This document shows positions 23,501 to 35,500 of a DNA stretch of 64,000 nt, in pieces. Under the pieces are notes generated by a model that was not told the origin of the DNA, did no database searches, and worked only from the letters and a program-made list of their open reading frames with translations. Origin of the DNA: Chrysomallon squamiferum (lineage: Eukaryota > Animalia > Mollusca); assembly GCA_012295275.1 (NCBI GenBank), contig CM022665.1, forward strand, positions 1,550,001-1,614,000, given 5' to 3'. The position numbers were made by a program, and so were the translations under genes. Numbering within the stretch: the stretch's first letter is position 1; every line of letters begins with the position of its first letter.

Positions 23501-26500
23501 ATTTATTTAGGACGACTACATCGTTAGCACTCTGCTAGCATTTCTTTGTGCTGGTGTGTCACAAAGTACTAGCACTAGCAAATGCTGGGAGAGTATAGTA
23601 CGAAATGCACTTCAACAACGATACGTAAACTGCACGGCCATCATTTCGTTCGTAATCCGTTTTTTTTCTTCTTTAAAAGCGCTTGGTAATTTGAATTTTC
23701 GACGTCGAAATTTCTAATTAGTCCAATTAAGTAAACAATGCTTGATGTTTCAACCAAGTGATAACTAGCGGTTGTCAATGAGTCAATTCAAAATTCATTC
23801 ACTCACTGTCAGCTCACTGCCCTCATTTACGAAGTATAAGTAATTTCAGATACTTCTAATATCGTTGCAGATGCAGGCGTCGTCTCCAGTCACATCAGCT
23901 TTCAGGTATTATTTGCTTTTCTTCACACATTTAGTTTTCTTCAACAGAAACTGTACGAGACAATTTCCTGATATGTTATTTCTAAACGTTCTGGTATTTG
24001 TTTCGTGCTCGTGACGTAAAACACAACTAGCACTAGCAAATGCTGGAGGTTTATCGAATAGACAGCTACGCTTCCGAAACATCGCCGTCGCAAGTAGACG
24101 ACGAAATGACGAAAACTTACGCATTACGTACATTAAGAGAAAGACATCATCAGTACTTTGTTTGTATTTGGTTGTGCTGGCGTTTCACGTTCTGCTAGCA
24201 CTAGCAAATGCTGGGAGAGTATCGGATGAGCTTTACTTCACAACTCTTCTACGCGCATCTTTCGAAACGTAATCGCAGGCATATTTTTTTCTCAGAATTC
24301 GCCACGTGCTTGTGTGTAAACTGAGCTAGCACTAGCAAATGCTGGGAGGTAATCCTGCGGTGATTCTTCGCGTTTTTGGGACATCCGACCATCTGGTTGA
24401 AAGCCTTTCCTTTTTAGCTAAATTATGCTCAAACCGCTACCAGATCACAGAAGACACCACTCAAATTTATTTACGACCATCACGTCCTTAATACTTTGCT
24501 AGTATTTCTTGGTGCTGGCGTTTCACGTCTTGTTAGCACTAGCAAATGCTGGGAGAGTATAGTACGAAATGCACTTCAACAACGATACCTTTTGAGCGAA
24601 GTAATGCTGTTTCCGCAAACAGATCACAAAAGCAGTCAGATTTATTTAGGACGACTACATCGTTAGCACTCTGCTAGCATTTCTTTGTGCTGGTGTGTCA
24701 CAAAGTACTAGCACTAGCAAATGCTGGGAGAGTATAGTACGAAATGCACTTCAACAACGATACGTAAACTGCACGGCCATCATTTCGTTCGTAATCCGTT
24801 TTTTTTTTTTTTCTTTAAAAGCGCTTGGTAATTTGAATTTTCGACGTCGAAATTTCTAATTAGTCCAATTAAGTAAACAATGCTTGATGTTTCAACCAAG
24901 TGATAACTAGCGGTTGTCAATGAGTCAATTCAAAATTCATTCACTCACTGTCAGCTCACTGCCCCATTTACGAAGTATAAGTAATTTCAGATACTTCTAA
25001 TATCGTTGCAGATGCAGGCGTCGTCTCCAGTCACATCAGCTTTCAGGTATTATTTGCTTTTCTTCACATTTAGTTTTCTTCAACAGAAACTGTACGAGAC
25101 AATTTCCTGATATGTTATTTCTAAACGTTCTGGTATTTGTTTCGTGCTCGTGACGTAAAACACAACTAGCACTAGCAAATGCTGGAGGTTTATCGAATAG
25201 ACAGCTACGCTTCCGAAACATCGCCGTCGCAAGTAGACGACGAAATGACGAAAACTTACGCATTACGTACATTAAGAGAAAGACATCATCAGTACTTTGC
25301 TTGTATTTGGTTGTGCTGGCGTTTCACGTTCTGCTAGCACTAGCAAATGCTGGGAGAGTATCGGATGAGCTTTACTTCACAACTCTTCTACGCGCATCTT
25401 TCGAAACGTAATCGCAGGCATATTTTTTCAGTATTCGCCACGTGCTTGTGTGTAAACTGAGCTAGCACTAGCAAATGCTGGGAGGTAATCCTGCGGTGAT
25501 TCTTCGCGTTTTTGGGACATCCGACCATCTGGTTGAAAGCCTTTCCTTTTTAGCTAAATTATGCTCAAACCGCTACCAGATCACAGAAGACACCACTCAA
25601 ATTTATTTACGACCATCACGTCCTTAATACTTTGCTAGTATTTCTTGGTGCTGGCGTTTCACGTCTTGTTAGCACTAGCAAATGCTGGGAGAGTATAGTA
25701 CGAAATGCACTTCAACAACGATACCTTTTGAGCGAAGTAATGCTGTTTCCGCAAACAGATCACAAAAAGCAGTCAGATTTATTTAGGACGACTACATCGT
25801 TAGCACTCTGCTAGCATTTCTTTGTGCTGGTGTGTCACAAAGTACTAGCACTAGCAAATGCTGGGAGAGTATAGTACGAAATGCACTTCAACAACGATAC
25901 GTAAACTGCACGGCCATCATTTCGTTCGTAATCCGTTTTTTTTTCTTTAAAAGCGCTTGGTAATTTGAATTTTCGACGTCGAAATTTCTAATTAGTCCAA
26001 TTAAGTAAACAATGCTTGATGTTTCAACCAAGTGATAACTAGCGGTTGTCAATGAGTCAATTCAAAATTCATTCACTCACTGTCAGCTCACTGCCCCATT
26101 TACGAAGTATAAGTAATTTCAGATACTTCTAATATCGTTGCAGATGCAGGCGTCGTCTCCAGTCACATCAGCTTTCAGGTATTATTTGCTTTTCTTCACA
26201 TTTAGTTTTCTTCAACAGAAACTGTACGAGACAATTTCCTGATATGTTATTTCTAAACGTTCTGGTATTTGTTTCGTGCTCGTGACGTAAAACACAACTA
26301 GCACTAGCAAATGCTGGAGGTTTATCGAATAGACAGCTACGCTTCCGAAACATCGCCGTCGCAAGTAGACGACGAAATGACGAAAACTTACGCATTACGT
26401 ACATTAAGAGAAAGACATCATCAGTACTTTGTTTGTATTTGGTTGTGCTGGCGTTTCACGTTCTGCTAGCACTAGCAAATGCTGGGAGAGTATCGGATGA

Positions 26501-29500
26501 GCTTTACTTCACAACTCTTCTACGCGCATCTTTCGGAAACGTAATCGCAGGCATATTTTTCTCAGTATTCGCCACGTGCTTGTGTGTAAACTGAGCTAGC
26601 ACTAGCAAATGCTGGGAGGTAATCCTGCGGTGATTCTTCGCGTTTTGGGACATCCGACCATCTGGTTGAAAGCCTTTCCTTTTAGCTAAATTATGCTCAA
26701 ACCGCTACCAGATCACAGAAGACACCACTCAAATTTATTTACGACCATCACGTCCTTAATACTTTGCTAGTATTTCTTGGTGCTGGCGTTTCACGTCTTG
26801 TTAGCACTAGCAAATGCTGGGAGAGTATAGTACGAAATGCACTTCAACAACGATACCTTTTGAGCGAAGTAATGCTGTTTCCGCAAACAGATCACAAAAG
26901 CAGTCAGATTTATTTAGGACGACTACATCGTTAGCACTCTGCTAGCATTTCTTTGTGCTGGTGTGTCACAAAGTACTAGCACTAGCAAATGCTGGGAGAG
27001 TATAGTACGAAATGCACTTCAACAACGATACGTAAACTGCACGGCCATCATTTCGTTCGTAATCCGTTTTTTTTTTTTTTTTAAAAGCGCTTGGTAATTT
27101 GAATTTTCGACGTCGAAATTTCTAATTAGTCCAATTAAGTAAACAATGCTTGATGTTTCAACCAAGTGATAACTAGCGGTTGTCAATGAGTCAATTCAAA
27201 ATTCATTCACTCACTGTCAGCTCACTGCCTCATTTACGAAGTATAAGTAATTTCAGATACTTCTAATATCGTTGCAGATGCAGGCGTCGTCTCCAGTCAC
27301 ATCAGCTTTCAGGTATTATTTGCTTTTCTTCACATTTAGTTTTCTTCAACAGAAACTGTACGAGACAATTTCCTGATATGTTATTTCTAAACGTTCTGGT
27401 ATTTGTTTCGTGCTCGTGACGTAAAACACAACTAGCACTAGCAAATGCTGGAGGTTTATCGAATAGACAGCTACGCTTCCGAAACATCGCCGTCGCAAGT
27501 AGACGACGAAATGACGAAAACTTACGCATTACGTACATTAAGAGAAAGACATCATCAGTACTTTGTTTGTATTTGGTTGTGCTGGCGTTTCACGTTCTGC
27601 TAGCACTAGCAAATGCTGGGAGAGTATCGGATGAGCTTTACTTCACAACTCTTCTACGCGCATCTTTCGAAACGTAATCGCAGGCATATTTTTTCAGTAT
27701 TCGCCACGTGCTTGTGTGTAAACTGAGCTAGCACTAGCAAATGCTGGGAGGTAATCCTGCGGTGATTCTTCGCGTTTTTGGGACATCCGACCATCTGGTT
27801 GAAAGCCTTTCCTTTTAGCTAAATTATGCTCAAACCGCTACCAGATCACAGAAGACACCACTCAAATTTATTTACGACCATCACGTCCTTAATACTTTGC
27901 TAGTATTTCTTGGTGCTGGCGTTTCACGTCTTGTTAGCACTAGCAAATGCTGGGAGAGTATAGTACGAAATGCACTTCAACAACGATACCTTTTGAGCGA
28001 AGTAATGCTGTTTCCGCAAACAGATCACAAAAAAGCAGTCAGATTTATTTAGGACGACTACATCGTTAGCACTCTGCTAGCATTTCTTTGTGCTGGTGTG
28101 TCACAAAGTACTAGCACTAGCAAATGCTGGGAGAGTATAGTACGAAATGCACTTCAACAACGATACGTAAACTGCACGGCCATCATTTCGTTCGTAATCC
28201 GTTTTTTTTTTTTTTTTAAAAGCGCTTGGTAATTTGAATTTTCGACGTCGAAATTTCTAATTAGTCCAATTAAGTAAACAATGCTTGATGTTTCAACCAA
28301 GTGATAACTAGCGGTTGTCAATGAGTCAATTCAAAATTCATTCACTCACTGTCAGCTCACTGCCTCATTTACGAAGTATAAGTAATTTCAGATACTTCTA
28401 ATATCGTTGCAGATGCAGGCGTCGTCTCCAGTCACATCAGCTTTCAGGTATTATTTGCTTTTCTTCACATTTAGTTTTCTTCAACAGAAACTGTACGAGA
28501 CAATTTCCTGATATGTTATTTCTAAACGTTCTGGTATTTGTTTCGTGCTCGTGACGTAAAACACAACTAGCACTAGCAAATGCTGGAGGTTTATCGAATA
28601 GACAGCTACGCTTCCGAAACATCGCCGTCGCAAGTAGACGACGAAATGACGAAAACTTACGCATTACGTACATTAAGAGAAAGACATCATCAGTACTTTG
28701 CTTGTATTTGGTTGTGCTGGCGTTTCACGTTCTGCTAGCACTAGCAAATGCTGGGAGAGTATCGGATGAGCTTTACTTCACAACTCTTCTACGCGCATCT
28801 TTCGAAACGTAATCGCAGGCATATTTTTTTTTTTCAGTATTCGCCACGTGCTTGTGTGTAAACTGAGCTAGCACTAGCAAATGCTGGGAGGTAATCCTGC
28901 GGTGATTCTTCGCGTTTTTTGGGACATCCGACCATCTGGTTGAAAGCCTTTCCTTTTTAGCTAAATTATGCTCAAACCGCTACCAGATCACAGAAGACAC
29001 CACTCAAATTTATTTACGACCATCACGTCCTTAATACTTTGCTAGTATTTCTTGGTGCTGGCGTTTCACGTCTTGTTAGCACTAGCAAATGCTGGGAGAG
29101 TATAGTACGAAATGCACTTCAACAACGATACCTTTTGAGCGAAGTAATGCTGTTTCCGCAAACAGATCACAAAAAGCAGTCAGATTTATTTAGGACGACT
29201 ACATCGTTAGCACTCTGCTAGCATTTCTTTGTGCTGGTGTGTCACAAAGTACTAGCACTAGCAAATGCTGGGAGAGTATAGTACGAAATGCACTTCAACA
29301 ACGATACGTAAACTGCACGGCCATCATTTCGTTCGTAATCCGTTTTTTTTCTTTTTTAAAAGCGCTTGGTAATTTGAATTTTCGACGTCGAAATTTCTAA
29401 TTAGTCCAATTAAGTAAACAATGCTTGATGTTTCAACCAAGTGATAACTAGCGGTTGTCAATGAGTCAATTCAAAATTCATTCACTCACTGTCAGCTCAC

Positions 29501-32500
29501 TGCCTCATTTACGAAGTATAAGTAATTTCAGATACTTCTAATATCGTTGCAGATGCAGGCGTCGTCTCCAGTCACATCAGCTTTCAGGTATTATTTGCTT
29601 TTCTTCACATTTAGTTTTCTTCAACAGAAACTGTACGAGACAATTTCCTGATATGTTATTTCTAAACGTTCTGGTATTTGTTTCGTGCTCGTGACGTAAA
29701 ACACAACTAGCACTAGCAAATGCTGGAGGTTTATCGAATAGACAGCTACGCTTCCGAAACATCGCCGTCGCAAGTAGACGACGAAATGACGAAAACTTAC
29801 GCATTACGTACATTAAGAGAAAGACATCATCAGTACTTTGCTTGTATTTGGTTGTGCTGGCGTTTCACGTTCTGCTAGCACTAGCAAATGCTGGGAGAGT
29901 ATCGGATGAGCTTTACTTCACAACTCTTCTACGCGCATCTTTCGAAACGTAATCGCAGGCATATTTTTCTCAGTATTCGCCACGTGCTTGTGTGTAAACT
30001 GAGCTAGCACTAGCAAATGCTGGGAGGTAATCCTGCGGTGATTCTTCGCGTTTTTGGGACATCCGACCATCTGGTTGAAAGCCTTTCCTTTTAGCTAAAT
30101 TATGCTCAAACCGCTACCAGATCACAGAAGACACCACTCAAATTTATTTACGACCATCACGTCCTTAATACTTTGCTAGTATTTCTTGGTGCTGGCGTTT
30201 CACGTCTTGTTAGCACTAGCAAATGCTGGGAGAGTATAGTACGAAATGCACTTCAACAACGATACCTTTTGAGCGAAGTAATGCTGTTTCCGCAAACAGA
30301 TCACAAAAGCAGTCAGATTTATTTAGGACGACTACATCGTTAGCACTCTGCTAGCATTTCTTTGTGCTGGTGTGTCACAAAGTACTAGCACTAGCAAATG
30401 CTGGGAGAGTATAGTACGAAATGCACTTCAACAACGATACGTAAACTGCACGGCCATCATTTCGTTCGTAATCCGTTTTTTTTTCTTTAAAAGCGCTTGG
30501 TAATTTGAATTTTCGACGTCGAAATTTCTAATTAGTCCAATTAAGTAAACAATGCTTGATGTTTCAACCAAGTGATAACTAGCGGTTGTCAATGAGTCAA
30601 TTCAAAATTCATTCACTCTCACTGTCAGCTCACTGCCTCATTTACGAAGTATAAGTAATTTCAGATACTTCTAATATCGTTGCAGATGCAGGCGTCGTCT
30701 CCAGTCACATCAGCTTTCAGGTATTATTTGCTTTTCTTCACATTTAGTTTTCTTCAACAGAAACTGTACGAGACAATTTCCTGATATGTTATTTCTAAAC
30801 GTTCTGGTATTTGTTTCGTGCTCGTGACGTAAAACACAACTAGCACTAGCAAATGCTGGAGGTTTATCGAATAGACAGCTACGCTTCCGAAAACATCGCC
30901 GTCGCAAGTAGACGACGAAATGACGAAAACTTACGCATTACGTACATTAAGAGAAAGACATCATCAGTACTTTGTTTGTATTTGGTTGTGCTGGCGTTTC
31001 ACGTTCTGCTAGCACTAGCAAATGCTGGGAGAGTATCGGATGAGCTTTACTTCACAACTCTTCTACGCGCATCTTTCGAAACGTAATCGCAGGCATATTT
31101 TTTTCTCAGTATTCGCCACGTGCTTGTGTGTAAACTGAGCTAGCACTAGCAAATGCTGGGAGGTAATCCTGCGGTGATTCTTCGCGTTTTGGGACATCCG
31201 ACCATCTGGTTGAAAGCCTTTCCTTTTAGCTAAATTATGCTCAAACCGCTACCAGATCACAGAAGACACCACTCAAATTTATTTACGACCATCACGTCCT
31301 TAATACTTTGCTAGTATTTCTTGGTGCTGGCGTTTCACGTCTTGTTAGCACTAGCAAATGCTGGGAGAGTATAGTACGAAATGCACTTCAACAACGATAC
31401 CTTTTGAGCGAAGTAATGCTGTTTCCGCAAACAGATCACAAAAGCAGTCAGATTTATTTAGGACGACTACATCGTTAGCACTCTGCTAGCATTTCTTTGT
31501 GCTGGTGTGTCACAAAGTACTAGCACTAGCAAATGCTGGGAGAGTATAGTACGAAATGCACTTCAACAACGATACGTAAACTGCACGGCCATCATTTCGT
31601 TCGTAATCCGTTTTTTTTTTTTTTTTTAAAAGCGCTTGGTAATTTGAATTTTCGACGTCGAAATTTCTAATTAGTCCAATTAAGTAAACAATGCTTGATG
31701 TTTCAACCAAGTGATAACTAGCGGTTGTCAATGAGTCAATTCAAAATTCATTCACTCTCACTGTCAGCTCACTGCCTCATTTACGAAGTATAAGTAATTT
31801 CAGATACTTCTAATATCGTTGCAGATGCAGGCGTCGTCTCCAGTCACATCAGCTTTCAGGTATTATTTGCTTTTCTTCACATTTAGTTTTCTTCAACAGA
31901 AACTGTACGAGACAATTTCCTGATATGTTATTTCTAAACGTTCTGGTATTTGTTTCGTGCTCGTGACGTAAAACACAACTAGCACTAGCAAATGCTGGAG
32001 GTTTATCGAATAGACAGCTACGCTTCCGAAACATCGCCGTCGCAAGTAGACGACGAAATGACGAAAACTTACGCATTACGTACATTAAGAGAAAGACATC
32101 ATCAGTACTTTGCTTGTATTTGGTTGTGCTGGCGTTTCACGTTCTGCTAGCACTAGCAAATGCTGGGAGAGTATCGGATGAGCTTTACTTCACAACTCTT
32201 CTACGCGCATCTTTCGAAACGTAATCGCAGGCATATTTTTTTTCTCAGTATTCGCCACGTGCTTGTGTGTAAACTGAGCTAGCACTAGCAAATGCTGGGA
32301 GGTAATCCTGCGGTGATTCTTCGCGTTTTTGGGACATCCGACCATCTGGTTGAAAGCCTTTCCTTTTTAGCTAAATTATGCTCAAACCGCTACCAGATCA
32401 CAGAAGACACCACTCAAATTTATTTACGACCATCACGTCCTTAATACTTTGCTAGTATTTCTTGGTGCTGGCGTTTCACGTCTTGTTAGCACTAGCAAAT

Positions 32501-35500
32501 GCTGGGAGAGTATAGTACGAAATGCACTTCAACAACGATACCTTTTGAGCGAAGTAATGCTGTTTCCGCAAACAGATCACAAAAGCAGTCAGATTTATTT
32601 AGGACGACTACATCGTTAGCACTCTGCTAGCATTTCTTTGTGCTGGTGTGTCACAAAGTACTAGCACTAGCAAATGCTGGGAGAGTATAGTACGAAATGC
32701 ACTTCAACAACGATACGTAAACTGCACGGCCATCATTTCGTTCGTAATCCGTTTTTTTTTTTTTTTTTAAAAGCTTGGTAATTTGAATTTTCGACGTCGA
32801 AATTTCTAATTAGTCCAATTAAGTAAACAATGCTTGATGTTTCAACCAAGTGATAACTAGCGGTTGTCAATGAGTCAATTCAAAATTCATTCACTCTCAC
32901 TGTCAGCTCACTGCCTCATTTACGAAGTATAAGTAATTTCAGATACTTCTAATATCGTTGCAGATGCAGGCGTCGTCTCCAGTCACATCAGCTTTCAGGT
33001 ATTATTTGCTTTTCTTCACATTTAGTTTTCTTCAACAGAAACTGTACGAGACAATTTCCTGATATGTTATTTCTAAACGTTCTGGTATTTGTTTCGTGCT
33101 CGTGACGTAAAACACAACTAGCACTAGCAAATGCTGGAGGTTTATCGAATAGACAGCTACGCTTCCGAAACATCGCCGTCGCAAGTAGACGACGAAATGA
33201 CGAAAACTTACGCATTACGTACATTAAGAGAAAGACATCATCAGTACTTTGCTTGTATTTGGTTGTGCTGGCGTTTCACGTTCTGCTAGCACTAGCAAAT
33301 GCTGGGAGAGTATCGGATGAGCTTTACTTCACAACTCTTCTACGCGCATCTTTCGAAACGTAATCGCAGGCATATTTTTTCTCAGTATTCGCCACGTGCT
33401 TGTGTGTAAACTGAGCTAGCACTAGCAAATGCTGGGAGGTAATCCTGCGGTGATTCTTCGCGTTTTTGGGACATCCGACCATCTGGTTGAAAGCCTTTCC
33501 TTTTAGCTAAATTATGCTCAAACCGCTACCAGATCACAGAAGACACCACTCAAATTTATTTACGACCATCACGTCCTTAATACTTTGCTAGTATTTCTTG
33601 GTGCTGGCGTTTCACGTCTTGTTAGCACTAGCAAATGCTGGGAGAGTATAGTACGAAATGCACTTCAACAACGATACCTTTTGAGCGAAGTAATGCTGTT
33701 TCCGCAAACAGATCACAAAAAGCAGTCAGATTTATTTAGGACGACTACATCGTTAGCACTCTGCTAGCATTTCTTTGTGCTGGTGTGTCACAAAGTACTA
33801 GCACTAGCAAATGCTGGGAGAGTATAGTACGAAATGCACTTCAACAACGATACGTAAACTGCACGGCCATCATTTCGTTCGTAATCCGTTTTTTTTCTTC
33901 TTTAAAAGCGCTTGGTAATTTGAATTTTCGACGTCGAAATTTCTAATTAGTCCAATTAAGTAAACAATGCTTGATGTTTCAACCAAGTGATAACTAGCGG
34001 TTGTCAATGAGTCAATTCAAAATTCATTCACTCTCACTGTCAGCTCACTGCCTCATTTACGAAGTATAAGTAATTTCAGATACTTCTAATATCGTTGCAG
34101 ATGCAGGCGTCGTCTCCAGTCACATCAGCTTTCAGGTATTATTTGCTTTTCTTCACATTTAGTTTTCTTCAACAGAAACTGTACGAGACAATTTCCTGAT
34201 ATGTTATTTCTAAACGTTCTGGTATTTGTTTCGTGCTCGTGACGTAAAACACAACTAGCACTAGCAAATGCTGGAGGTTTATCGAATAGACAGCTACGCT
34301 TCCGAAACATCGCCGTCGCAAGTAGACGACGAAATGACGAAAACTTACGCATTACGTACATTAAGAGAAAGACATCATCAGTACTTTGCTTGTATTTGGT
34401 TGTGCTGGCGTTTCACGTTCTGCTAGCACTAGCAAATGCTGGGAGAGTATCGGATGAGCTTTACTTCACAACTCTTCTACGCGCATCTTTCGAAACGTAA
34501 TCGCAGGCATATTTTTTTCAGTATTCGCCACGTGCTTGTGTGTAAACTGAGCTAGCACTAGCAAATGCTGGGAGGTAATCCTGCGGTGATTCTTCGCGTT
34601 TTTGGGACATCCGACCATCTGGTTGAAAGCCTTTCCTTTTTAGCTAAATTATGCTCAAACCGCTACCAGATCACAGAAGACACCACTCAAATTTATTTAC
34701 GACCATCACGTCCTTAATACTTTGCTAGTATTTCTTGGTGCTGGCGTTTCACGTCTTGTTAGCACTAGCAAATGCTGGGAGAGTATAGTACGAAATGCAC
34801 TTCAACAACGATACCTTTTGAGCGAAGTAATGCTGTTTCCGCAAACAGATCACAAAAGCAGTCAGATTTATTTAGGACGACTACATCGTTAGCACTCTGC
34901 TAGCATTTCTTTGTGCTGGTGTGTCACAAAGTACTAGCACTAGCAAATGCTGGGAGAGTATAGTACGAAATGCACTTCAACAACGATACGTAAACTGCAC
35001 GGCCATCATTTCGTTCGTAATCCGTTTTTTTTTTTTTTTTTCTTTAAAAGCGCTTGGTAATTTGAATTTTCGACGTCGAAATTTCTAATTAGTCCAATTA
35101 AGTAAACAATGCTTGATGTTTCAACCAAGTGATAACTAGCGGTTGTCAATGAGTCAATTCAAAATTCATTCACTCTCACTGTCAGCTCACTGCCTCATTT
35201 ACGAAGTATAAGTAATTTCAGATACTTCTAATATCGTTGCAGATGCAGGCGTCGTCTCCAGTCACATCAGCTTTCAGGTATTATTTGCTTTTCTTCACAT
35301 TTAGTTTTCTTCAACAGAAACTGTACGAGACAATTTCCTGATATGTTATTTCTAAACGTTCTGGTATTTGTTTCGTGCTCGTGACGTAAAACACAACTAG
35401 CACTAGCAAATGCTGGAGGTTTATCGAATAGACAGCTACGCTTCCGAAACATCGCCGTCGCAAGTAGACGACGAAATGACGAAAACTTACGCATTACGTA